DNA from: Deltaproteobacteria bacterium
GTDB taxonomy: Bacteria; Desulfobacterota; Desulfobacteria; Desulfobacterales; UBA11574
DNA: 52,036 nucleotides
NCBI GenBank assembly: GCA_019308685.1
Contig: JAFDHQ010000002.1
Location: 1-52,036, forward strand
Direction: 5' to 3'
Shown here one piece after another: positions 26,336 to 35,288 of this stretch; position 1 is the first letter of the stretch, and each line of letters begins with the position of its first letter. Under the pieces are notes generated by a model. The model had not been told where the DNA came from. It worked only from the letters and a program-made list of their open reading frames with translations, and ran no database searches. The position numbers and the translations under genes were made by a program.

Positions 26336-28597
26336 ATGATCAGTAAAGAACTCAGCGAAACGCTCGGCTTTGCGGTAAGAGAAGCGAGGAAAAGGCGACA
26401 TGAGTATGTTTGTATAGAACATCTGCTTTTTGCCATTCTGTACGACAAAAACGGTATAGAAATCATTGAAAGTTGCGGGGGTAACATCCTGAACCTTAGA
26501 AACGCCCTTGAATTATTTTTCAGTCAGCGGATGGTAAGTATTCCCGAAGGGAATGAATATGTTCTACAGCAGACAGTGGGCTTTCAAAGAGTGCTTCAGC
26601 GGGCGATTAATCATGTCCGTTCCGCCGAAAAACATGAAGTGGCCGTCAGTGATATACTGGCATCCATTTTTCAGGAAAAGGACTCTCATGCCGAATATTT
26701 TCTGAACGCCGAAGGTATAACCCGTCTTGATGTTTTAAATTATATTTCCCATGATGTTTCCAAGTCCCCTTATAAAGATGAATCAGATGAACTGGTGAAA
26801 ACAGACAGAAAGGGAAAAAAGAAGAAGGGTGATCCCCTCGAGGATTTCACGATCGATCTTGTTAAAAGCGCATCCCAGGGGAAATTGGATCCGTTAATCG
26901 GCAGGGAACATGAAATGGAACGAACCATTCAGGTGCTCTGCAGGAGACGGAAGAACAATCCGGTTTTTGTGGGAGACCCGGGTGTGGGAAAAACGGCAAT
27001 GGCCGAAGGTTTGGCGATTAAGATACATAATAAATCCATTCCCGACCTGCTTAAAGGTGTTCGAATATATTCCCTGGATCTCGGGGGGTTGCTGGCAGGG
27101 ACAAAATTTCGCGGTGATTTTGAGCAGAGATTAAAAGGGGTACTGGCTGCTCTGAAAAAGAAAAAAGATGCCATCCTGTTTGTTGATGAAATTCATACCA
27201 TGGTGGGTGCCGGCGCTACCAGTAGAGGATCCATGGATGCGTCGAATATCCTGAAACCGGTACTGGCAACCGGTGATCTGCGGTGTATCGGCTCAACCAC
27301 TTATGAGGATTATAAGAATTTCTTTGAAAAGGATCGTGCCCTGTCCCGCCGTTTTGAAAAGATCGAAATTTTGGAACCTCCGATTAAGGAAAACATTCAA
27401 ATTTTAAAAGGGTTGCGATCCCGTTATGAGGACCATCACGGTATTATTTATACCGATCCCGCATTGAAAGCAGCTGTTGAACTCTCCGCAAAATATATCA
27501 ATGATCGTTATCTGCCGGACAAAGCCATAGATGTGATCGATGAAGCCGGAGCGTTTGTCAGACTTTCGGGGCCTTCAAGCAGAAAGAAGATCCATCCCAA
27601 AGATATTGAAAAAATTGTGGCCAAGATGGCAAGAATACCGACCATCAGCGTTTCGACGCCTGACAAAACAAAATTGGAGAATCTTGAAGGAAAACTCAAG
27701 CAGTTTGTTTTCGGGCAGGATGATGCCATAACATCGCTTGTCACGTCGATAAAGCGCTCCCGGGCAGGCCTGGGAACACCCGAGAGACCCATCGGTTCAT
27801 TCCTGTTTGCCGGTCCCACCGGTGTTGGAAAGACGGAGGTGGCACTACAAGTTTCCAGGAATCTCGGGGTTCAGTTTTTACGATTCGATATGAGCGAATA
27901 CATGGAAAAACATGCCGTGGCACGTCTTATCGGTGCACCTCCGGGGTATATCGGCTTTGACCAGGGAGGACTTTTGACGGACAGTATCCGTAAACATCCC
28001 CACAGCGTCCTGTTATTTGATGAAATAGAGAAGGCCCATCCGGATATGTTTAACATTTTACTTCAGGTTTTGGATCATGCCACCCTAACCGATAACAATG
28101 GCAAAAAGGCTGATTTCAGAAATGTAATCATTATGATGACTTCGAATGCCGGTGCCCGGGAAATGAGCAGTCAGACCATTGGTTTCGGTGATAAAAAATA
28201 TGATACCGAGGACAAAGGGAAAAAAGCGGTTGAAAAGTTTTTTAGCCCGGAATTCAGAAACCGCCTTGACGGCATTATTCACTTTAATGCGCTGAATGAG
28301 GAGATCATGGAAAAGGTGGTGGATAAGTTCATGAAAGAGCTTAAAGAACAGCTTGCCATTAAAAAGATATCCATCACTCTTTCTTCCGATGCACGAACAT
28401 GGCTGGCAAGAAACGGGCATGATCCCCGTTACGGAGCCAGGCCTCTGACCCGCTTGATTCAGACCGAAATCAAAGATATGCTCTCGGATGAGATTCTGTT
28501 CGGGCAGCTTGAAAAAGGCGGCGAGGTTTTTATTAATACGAAGAACGACAAGTTGACCTTTGATGTTAAGCACCGGAAATTCAGCAATTCCAACTAG
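26336..28597 (+). CDS. clpA: ATP-dependent Clp protease ATP-binding subunit ClpA
   Basis: Two AAA+ modules, GDPGVGKTA and GPTGVGKTE. 753 aa, directly after clpS. Confidence 0.95.
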   Translation: MISKELSETLGFAVREARKRRHEYVCIEHLLFAILYDKNGIEIIESCGGNILNLRNALELFFSQRMVSIPEGNEYVLQQTVGFQRVLQRAINHVRSAEKHEVAVSDILASIFQEKDSHAEYFLNAEGITRLDVLNYISHDVSKSPYKDESDELVKTDRKGKKKKGDPLEDFTIDLVKSASQGKLDPLIGREHEMERTIQVLCRRRKNNPVFVGDPGVGKTAMAEGLAIKIHNKSIPDLLKGVRIYSLDLGGLLAGTKFRGDFEQRLKGVLAALKKKKDAILFVDEIHTMVGAGATSRGSMDASNILKPVLATGDLRCIGSTTYEDYKNFFEKDRALSRRFEKIEILEPPIKENIQILKGLRSRYEDHHGIIYTDPALKAAVELSAKYINDRYLPDKAIDVIDEAGAFVRLSGPSSRKKIHPKDIEKIVAKMARIPTISVSTPDKTKLENLEGKLKQFVFGQDDAITSLVTSIKRSRAGLGTPERPIGSFLFAGPTGVGKTEVALQVSRNLGVQFLRFDMSEYMEKHAVARLIGAPPGYIGFDQGGLLTDSIRKHPHSVLLFDEIEKAHPDMFNILLQVLDHATLTDNNGKKADFRNVIIMMTSNAGAREMSSQTIGFGDKKYDTEDKGKKAVEKFFSPEFRNRLDGIIHFNALNEEIMEKVVDKFMKELKEQLAIKKISITLSSDARTWLARNGHDPRYGARPLTRLIQTEIKDMLSDEILFGQLEKGGEVFINTKNDKLTFDVKHRKFSNSN

Positions 28598-28618
28598 GGC
28601 GAAGCCCCTAGATTTATT
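28594..28618 (+). terminator. Weak hairpin with T-rich tail overlapping the clpA stop
   Basis: CTAGGG (28594-28599) pairs with CCCTAG (28606-28611), followed by ATTTATT. Confidence 0.3.
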
Positions 28619-28636
28619 CAGTCGTTGAGTAATTGA

Positions 28637-29329
28637 GTGACTGTTTTTCTTTTAACGGATAAAATAGCATTCCCCCCTCCACATTTTGCCTCCAAAGAAG
28701 GGTTGCTGGCTGTTGGTGGTGATTTAAGCCGGAAGCGTCTTCTCCTTGCTTACCGTATGGGCATTTTTCCGTGGTTTTCAGATGATGAACCCATTTTGTG
28801 GTGGTCACCGGATCCTCGTCTTGTGTTGTATCCTCATGAAATCAAGGTCTCAAAAACGTTGTCTAAAATTATAAAAAAAGAGGTTTTCAAGGTGACCATG
28901 GATACCGCATTTGTTCAGGTGATAAACCAGTGTGCCCAAATTCGACTGGAAAATAATCAAGGAACCTGGATCGTTAAAGATATGATCGATGCCTACTGCA
29001 CGCTCCATGAATCCGGTTTTGCACATTCGGTGGAAGCCTGGTATCAAGGAGAGCTGGCCGGAGGTTTATACGGCGTTTCCCTGGGAAGATGTTTCTTCGG
29101 GGAATCCATGTTCACCCGAATCAGCAATGCTTCAAACGTAGCCCTTGTAAAACTTGTTGAATATCTTAAGGCATTATCCTTTGATATGATAGACTGCCAG
29201 CTGACAACCCAACACCTTCTCCGTTTCGGTGCAAGGGAGATACCAAGGGCTAAGTTTTTAACACAGCTTGAAGAATCCCTTAAGGCATCGACGAAAAAAG
29301 GGAAGTGGTCTTTGGAACAAAACCTTTAA
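28637..29329 (+). CDS. aat: Leucyl/phenylalanyl-tRNA--protein transferase
   Basis: LLLAYRMGIFPWF, PILWWSPDPR and GESMF motifs. GTG start from the ORF track. Confidence 0.9.
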   Translation: MTVFLLTDKIAFPPPHFASKEGLLAVGGDLSRKRLLLAYRMGIFPWFSDDEPILWWSPDPRLVLYPHEIKVSKTLSKIIKKEVFKVTMDTAFVQVINQCAQIRLENNQGTWIVKDMIDAYCTLHESGFAHSVEAWYQGELAGGLYGVSLGRCFFGESMFTRISNASNVALVKLVEYLKALSFDMIDCQLTTQHLLRFGAREIPRAKFLTQLEESLKASTKKGKWSLEQNL

Positions 29330-29539
29330 AAAGGCCTCTCAAAAATTTTCATAACACATTCGGGATAATGATGTTATGCAAGTCCTTTAAGGTTGCAATA
29401 AAAGCCGCGTATTTCCCTTCTATCCCTATATGACAAATTTTTGACGCTTTATGGGTAAATTTTCCGCCGCTTTTTTAAAAACCCCATTTATACAAACTAA
29501 CTACCTGATTTCAATGGAATACCTTCCACCTATCCCTTC

Positions 29540-29555
29540 TGGCCTGAAAATTGCT
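29540..29555 (+). promoter_or_regulatory. Sigma54 (-24/-12) promoter candidate upstream of the first pilin gene
   Basis: TGGCCTGAAAATTGCT has exact TGGC-N7-TTGC spacing relative to the consensus TGGCACG-N4-TTGCW. It lies 88 nt upstream of the ATG at 29643. Confidence 0.55.
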
Positions 29556-29642
29556 TACAGCTTATAAAGGTGAAGATTGTTGATTTTACAAAATAGGTCA
29601 AAAATCACAAACCATTCGTTTACAAAAAGGGGGATCCACAGC

Positions 29643-30317
29643 ATGATCATCACCATGAGGAAAAGGGTAACATATTTCCCGGACAATCGAGGGTTTACAT
29701 TGATAGAGATGGCCATTGTGCTGATCATTATCGGTATTATCATCGGGGCGGTGGTTAAGGGCAAAGACCTGATACGAAGCGCGGAACAGAAGAAGATTTA
29801 TACGAAATATCTGAATGGGTGGCGGACGGGTTATGCCAACTTCTATGACCGAACCGGAAAACGTCTGGGTGATTTTTATGATGAATTGGCTTCAGCAGAA
29901 GGACAGGATGGAAAAGCGGACACCGATAATGGCCATGACGGAAATGTCAGCGATATCGAACGAAAATATCTGAAGACAGGGGATCCGCTGGGAACCGATT
30001 TCAGAGGGTTGGACGATGTCGGCCTTTCGGCACCTTCAACCAACAGCGGTAATTGTTTTGAATACACATACACGGATAAAGATGGCAGCGGTCACACCCT
30101 GTCTGTTGCATTTAAATATGACCGAAAGGACAAATACAATTACATGTGGATTGACGGGGTTCCCAATGAATTGGGGATGGCCCTGGATACCATGATTGAC
30201 AACGAAGCGGATGGAACTTCCGGTGATTTTTTATGTTATAGCGAATCAGATACGGAAAATCAAGACTGGGGCAAGCCATCGACTGAGGTCAGCGCGCGCT
30301 GGAAAATGGATTTTTAA
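29643..30317 (+). CDS. Type IV prepilin / pseudopilin (224 aa, 17-residue leader)
   Basis: Class III signal MIITMRKRVTYFPDNRG|FTLIEMAIVLIIIGIIIGAVV (G-1, F+1, E+5). Two C-terminal Cys (GNCFEY, DFLCYS) are compatible with a D-region disulfide. RBS AAGGGGG precedes the ATG at 29643. Confidence 0.85.
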   Translation: MIITMRKRVTYFPDNRGFTLIEMAIVLIIIGIIIGAVVKGKDLIRSAEQKKIYTKYLNGWRTGYANFYDRTGKRLGDFYDELASAEGQDGKADTDNGHDGNVSDIERKYLKTGDPLGTDFRGLDDVGLSAPSTNSGNCFEYTYTDKDGSGHTLSVAFKYDRKDKYNYMWIDGVPNELGMALDTMIDNEADGTSGDFLCYSESDTENQDWGKPSTEVSARWKMDF

Positions 30318-30322
30318 AAGAT

Positions 30323-30841
30323 ATGTCGGCGATAAAAATTTTTAGATCATGTGTGATGACCGGCGTCCTTGTGATGTTGTTATTGATCGGTGGGCGTTTT
30401 TTTCTAACCGGTTACAAACGCTATGTTGTTAATCAGAACAAAAAGGCGGTATTGACCCGTCGTGCAAATCTTCTGAATCAACAGCAAAGTGAAAGAAAAC
30501 AAAAAATGCATCATATTTTTAGAGTTAACCGTTTTGTAAATAATGCAAAATTGTTGGGATTGGAAAAAAGGAGATGGGCGGTTTACCATGTCGACATACA
30601 GGATGCGGTAACCTTCACGGAGATGAAAAGAAATTTAATGCAGTGTACCAATAGTGCCTCCCGTTATTTCAGGCCGGTCTCTTTTCATATTAAATCGTTA
30701 AAAGCGACCCATAATAATGCAGGAATTGGCAATAAGAATGAGACATCTGAAATGCTTTTTAAAAATAAGACAGGGGATATTTTAATGACTCTCAAAGGCG
30801 CATTTGTCGTCAGGGAAGAGCCAATAACCAATGATAACTGA
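30323..30841 (+). CDS. Bitopic membrane protein of unknown family (possible PilO/GspM/MshJ-like assembly component)
   Basis: One N-terminal TM (VMTGVLVMLLLIGGRFFL), then a basic coiled segment and a roughly 90-aa domain. The call rests on position in the cluster only. Confidence 0.4.
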   Translation: MSAIKIFRSCVMTGVLVMLLLIGGRFFLTGYKRYVVNQNKKAVLTRRANLLNQQQSERKQKMHHIFRVNRFVNNAKLLGLEKRRWAVYHVDIQDAVTFTEMKRNLMQCTNSASRYFRPVSFHIKSLKATHNNAGIGNKNETSEMLFKNKTGDILMTLKGAFVVREEPITNDN

Positions 30842-30865
30842 TTAATAATGGATGATAATCAATAA

Positions 30866-32161
30866 ATGATAAATGATAAAAGACAATTTGCTATTGAGCT
30901 GGATGGGGTTTTATATCACTTATCGGAAAGTCGGCTTAAACAGATTGATGACCTGAATAAAATAAAAGGTGAATTTCGGTTTGTCTCTGATATGCAGGAG
31001 GTTGTTTCCAGAACCATGACCGTTGAAGCACCGGCTAAATATGCGGAATTTGTGGTTCGCAAACGACTTCAAGAATCGGGTGATTTTGATGAGCCGGTAA
31101 CGGTACTTACACACTGGAAAAAGAAGAGAGAAAAGAACACTTGCGATATATTTTTCACTGCGCTCCCTACCCGACGATATCACGCCTACCTCGAGAAGAT
31201 CCGGGGAAATGAAGACGGAGTCATGGCGGTTCCTCTATATTCATTTCTTTATAACATTCTTAAACAAATTCGTACAGAAGATCCGGTTGCAGTCGTATTC
31301 CAGCATGGTAGATTTGCTGACTTGATTATTGGCAAAAAAAAGCAGGTCTACTATTCCAATCGATGCGTAGCATTCGACATGAGTCGTGAGCAGATAGCGA
31401 CACTTTGGGATGCCGTTCGTGCGGACATACAGACCGCTCAGACAGAAAACGGAATAAAGATTAACAAGGTGTTTCAGCTAAACTGGATCGACAGTGGAGA
31501 TTGTTCGGACTGGGCTGAAAAAGGGGAATATGAATCCTACCATTTGGAAGAAGAATCCATATCTTTTAACAATGAAACCTATCATAATTCCTTTTCAAAC
31601 GCCATAAAAAGTCGATCTGGAAACCACGGGATTTCACCGGTAATAGAGAAAATCTGTTTTTTCACACAGAAATGGGCGATGTCGTTGAATATTCTGCTTT
31701 TTGTCTTCTTGCTGGCGGTTTTGGGCGGATATTTAATATGCCAGAAAAAATCAGAACTGCTTGAGAAAGAATTAAAGCAGCTGAATCAGCAAATAGCGGG
31801 ATTTCAGACCGAGTCGTCTTTGGCCACCATTCCCATAAAAAAGTATAAAGAGACCGTCGGCTTTATAAAAGACCTGGCATATTGCAAAAATTCACCTTCA
31901 TATCTAACTGTCGTGAGCGACGTTACGAATGGTCTTTCACCGGACATGGAAACAGAAATCTTTAAAATTGATTATTCACCTGGCAGCATGACGTTAGAAA
32001 TATTCGGACGGATCACATCGACTTTTGACTTTGCACATAAAGGATATCAGCAATTTGTCTCTTTTATGAAATCCAAGGGATATGCCGTGGTGGAAAATAG
32101 ATTTGATACGGATATCGACAACTCAAAATTTCTTGTCAGATTCACGAAGAGGATCGGATGA
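30866..32161 (+). CDS. GspL / MshI (PilM-PilN fusion)-like assembly protein
   Basis: About 270-aa cytoplasmic domain, a single TM (WAMSLNILLFVFLLAVLGGYLIC), a coiled coil (ELLEKELKQLNQQIAGFQ) and a roughly 100-aa periplasmic domain. The topology matches GspL/MshI. Sequence similarity was judged by eye only. Confidence 0.5.
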   Translation: MINDKRQFAIELDGVLYHLSESRLKQIDDLNKIKGEFRFVSDMQEVVSRTMTVEAPAKYAEFVVRKRLQESGDFDEPVTVLTHWKKKREKNTCDIFFTALPTRRYHAYLEKIRGNEDGVMAVPLYSFLYNILKQIRTEDPVAVVFQHGRFADLIIGKKKQVYYSNRCVAFDMSREQIATLWDAVRADIQTAQTENGIKINKVFQLNWIDSGDCSDWAEKGEYESYHLEEESISFNNETYHNSFSNAIKSRSGNHGISPVIEKICFFTQKWAMSLNILLFVFLLAVLGGYLICQKKSELLEKELKQLNQQIAGFQTESSLATIPIKKYKETVGFIKDLAYCKNSPSYLTVVSDVTNGLSPDMETEIFKIDYSPGSMTLEIFGRITSTFDFAHKGYQQFVSFMKSKGYAVVENRFDTDIDNSKFLVRFTKRIG

Positions 32162-32685
32162 AAAGAAAATATCATGGGCTGATATCAATCGTTATTATCG
32201 CTATCCTACTGGTTCCAACGGCGATTTACGCGGTTTATTTTTCTCAGGTTTCCGTGGGCATAGATACCATCGGTTTAACGAAAAATTCACCTGAATTCAC
32301 CGTTCCCGATCAGGCCGTTATTAAAGAGATCTCCCATCTCGAGAAAGAGATGATTCATCTTGTCAACCCCGTAGAATCGGAATCGATAACAGATCGGAAA
32401 ATTCGTTTCTGGCAGTATTCGGATCAATATTATGGTCAGCATACAACAACCGATCGGGGAAATGAAAATGTTAATTCTAAAACAGCATACGCCTTAACCT
32501 TTACATTTGCGTCAGGTGAAAAAAAGTTTTGTATCATAGATGGATCTTTTTATACTCAAAGCGCCGATCTTCCTGACGGCGGAAAAATAATAAAAATAGA
32601 ACCGGGCAGGGTATGGGTGAAAAAAGGAGACGTAACGAAATGGATATTGCTCCCTGAAACTACGAAATGGGGAGAAATGCGATAA
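32158..32685 (+). CDS. PilP / MshK / GspC-like periplasmic protein
   Basis: N-terminal TM. The C-terminal FCIIDGSFYTQSADLPDGGKIIKIEPGRVWVKKGD resembles the PilP/GspC HR-domain pattern. ATGA overlap with the upstream gene. Confidence 0.45.
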   Translation: MKRKYHGLISIVIIAILLVPTAIYAVYFSQVSVGIDTIGLTKNSPEFTVPDQAVIKEISHLEKEMIHLVNPVESESITDRKIRFWQYSDQYYGQHTTTDRGNENVNSKTAYALTFTFASGEKKFCIIDGSFYTQSADLPDGGKIIKIEPGRVWVKKGDVTKWILLPETTKWGEMR

Positions 32686-32812
32686 TTATACCATGACTTC
32701 ACGATTTTATACATCGATTCCAAACCAGCGATAACATTTTCAAAAAGCTAAAGGGTTACGAAAACCCCTATTCTATTTGGTGAGTAAAACAATACATAAT
32801 GCGGGAGTACAT

Positions 32813-34312
32813 ATGAAAAAATTGAATATTATATTAGGGATTGTTTTCTCGATCATTATTTTCGGCTGTGCGGAGAGAGCTCCTAACCTCAAAACATTAT
32901 CACTTCAGACAACTCAAGATCATATTAAGTCCGAATCTGAACAACTGGATGCGGCACAGAAAGAATTTATTCCCAGCTTGGAAAGGGTTTCGCCTCGTGT
33001 GATTCATGAAAAACCCGTTATGCCGCTTTACGACCCTTTGGAAGACCATACCGTTTCCTTTTCTATGATCAATGAAGATCTCAAAGTGATTCTTTACTCC
33101 CTGTCTCAGTCCGTAGGCATGAACCTTATCATTGATCCTGTCATCACTCTTGAGGAAAAACAGCTTACCCTTAATTTTCAAAACGTCTCGGCATCCACCG
33201 TTTTGAGAGAGATACTCAACACCTATGATCTTTATTATGAAATACATGGGAATATTATCCGCATCCGTCCGTTTAAAGAACAGATGTTCAGTCTCGATTT
33301 TCTGGATACCAGAATTAATACCAATTTTAATGTGGGCGGAGACGTGCTCGGTGCGTCCGAGGAAACCACCAGCGGGTTAAAAGGTAAATTTGAACTTTCC
33401 GGTCAGGCAGCCAAACAGGGCAATGACTATGATGTGATCGAGCAAATGATAACTCGGATCATTTCAAAAGACGGAAAATATTCTCTGAACCGGCTGTCCG
33501 GAAGTCTATATGTAAAGGATACACCGGCGATTATCCGATCCATTTCCAAACTCATCAATCATTTTAAAAGGATGTTGTCCAGACAGATACTTATTGAAGC
33601 CAGAATTATCGAGGTCGGACTCTCGGACAAATATGAATATGGTATCGACTGGAGTGTACTGAGAGACGAGGCGGCGTCATTAACAACAAAAACCAACGTT
33701 GCATGGTCATTGGGTTCCGGACTGGTCTTAAGTCATGAAAATAATGAGGTGTCCATTGATTCGGCCATGGATGCGCTGGAGACGTTTGGAAAAGCAAAGG
33801 TTGTGTCTAACCCGAGTATACGCGTCAAACATGGAAAACCGGCACTAATCAGTGTTGGGACCTCCTTTACATACAAAAAAACTGTGGAGACGACGCGCGA
33901 AGTCACTTCGGGTACTGACAGAGAAATTACAGATGTTGAAGTGTCAACCGTATTTGACGGGCTTATTTTGGGGGTTATTCCCTTTATCGGAGAAAATCAA
34001 AGAATTTCCCTGCTGATTAATCCCATTAACAGTTCCGTGAATCGAGAAAGTCTTGAACCGAAAAGTGTCGGAGGAGGGAGTCAGGAGATATCCTTGCCTG
34101 AAGTTAGAATTAAAGAGATGAGCACGACCATTGAGCTTGAGGATGGAGATGTCGTGGTGCTGGGGGGTCTGATCGACGACATTCAAACGACGCAGGAAGC
34201 CGGGGTGCCCATTTTGTCAAGACTGCCGATTCTCGGCTATCTTTTTAAAAATGAATTAAAAAGCGTGGAGTCAAAGGAACTGGTTATTATTTTAAGTGTA
34301 AAATTGGTATGA
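32813..34312 (+). CDS. Secretin (MshL/PilQ/GspD family), predicted lipoprotein
   Basis: Lipobox SIIIFGC after MKKLNIILGIVF. Secretin core RQILIEARIIEV, AKVVSNPSIRVKHGKPALISVG and VVVLGGLI...GVPILSRLPILGYLF. RBS GGGAG precedes the ATG at 32813. Confidence 0.88.
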   Translation: MKKLNIILGIVFSIIIFGCAERAPNLKTLSLQTTQDHIKSESEQLDAAQKEFIPSLERVSPRVIHEKPVMPLYDPLEDHTVSFSMINEDLKVILYSLSQSVGMNLIIDPVITLEEKQLTLNFQNVSASTVLREILNTYDLYYEIHGNIIRIRPFKEQMFSLDFLDTRINTNFNVGGDVLGASEETTSGLKGKFELSGQAAKQGNDYDVIEQMITRIISKDGKYSLNRLSGSLYVKDTPAIIRSISKLINHFKRMLSRQILIEARIIEVGLSDKYEYGIDWSVLRDEAASLTTKTNVAWSLGSGLVLSHENNEVSIDSAMDALETFGKAKVVSNPSIRVKHGKPALISVGTSFTYKKTVETTREVTSGTDREITDVEVSTVFDGLILGVIPFIGENQRISLLINPINSSVNRESLEPKSVGGGSQEISLPEVRIKEMSTTIELEDGDVVVLGGLIDDIQTTQEAGVPILSRLPILGYLFKNELKSVESKELVIILSVKLV

Positions 34313-35286
34313 GCGTCATATTTAAGACATTAAAAAAGCTTAAAACCGAATCTGCAGATCGGGGAAAAAGCAGAAAAAAACCAGTGCATAGAAAAAGAGT
34401 CTACTCTTTTAAAACCGTACTCAATTCTCCTTTGTCTGTCCTTTTGTTGCTTTCCGGTTTTATGGTTATTGGAGCAGGAACTCTTTACGGATATTTTCAG
34501 TTTCGTGATGCAACGGGGAAAACGGTCAAAGGTTTTTCCATATCAAACACAGAAATTCATCGGTCAACGGATGTCCGTCTTGACAGAAGCATCGAGAATA
34601 GAGGGACAGAAAGTCTGAATGGGGCGAAGCATTCCGACTCGATTCAAATTGAATATCAGCCTTCGGAGGGACAGGATCACAGCATTAAGACATTCAAAAT
34701 AAGTAAACCCGACAATGTCCAGACACCGCTCATAGTGACAAAGGAAAAAATTTCAGACGCAAAGGAATCATTTAAAAAGGATGCTTTTGCTGAAATCCAA
34801 ACCCAGAAGACAGGCAAACTTTTATCAGCAGAAGTTTTACCGGTTTCCGGCGTAGAAAAGATTTTTCTCGCAAATGCAAAGAAAAACGCAAAAATCGCTC
34901 GGCTGGTAGCGGATATCCGCTGGGAGATGCGCCACGGAAATAAAAAGCGCACCGAAAAACTTCTTGATGAACTGGCGTTGAACAAGGGTCAAAACAACAG
35001 CTATGTACTCAAGTTAAAAGCCGTCTACCATATACGCAACCAAGAATATGAACGCGCTGCAGATTTACTGAAAACAATCCTTACCAAAAATGAAAGTGAT
35101 TTAGAAGCCGGAATCAATATGGCAATTGTGGAGATCAATACCCAACAGGAGAAAGAGGCCTATCGGCGATTGGAAAAACTTCAAACCATTTATCCGGAAC
35201 ATATACGTTTGGCTGAAATAATGCAAAATTTAAGATTATTGTTCAACAAAGATCAAATCCGACGTTTCGGTCGGCATGATGGGTAA
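34309..35286 (+). CDS. TM-anchored TPR-repeat protein (MshN-like)
   Basis: Basic N-terminus with one TM. The C-terminal roughly 120 aa shows a TPR-like pattern (YVLKLKAVYHIRNQEYERAADLLKTIL...). ATGA overlap with the secretin stop. Confidence 0.55.
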   Translation: MSVIFKTLKKLKTESADRGKSRKKPVHRKRVYSFKTVLNSPLSVLLLLSGFMVIGAGTLYGYFQFRDATGKTVKGFSISNTEIHRSTDVRLDRSIENRGTESLNGAKHSDSIQIEYQPSEGQDHSIKTFKISKPDNVQTPLIVTKEKISDAKESFKKDAFAEIQTQKTGKLLSAEVLPVSGVEKIFLANAKKNAKIARLVADIRWEMRHGNKKRTEKLLDELALNKGQNNSYVLKLKAVYHIRNQEYERAADLLKTILTKNESDLEAGINMAIVEINTQQEKEAYRRLEKLQTIYPEHIRLAEIMQNLRLLFNKDQIRRFGRHDG

Positions 35287-35288
35287 GG

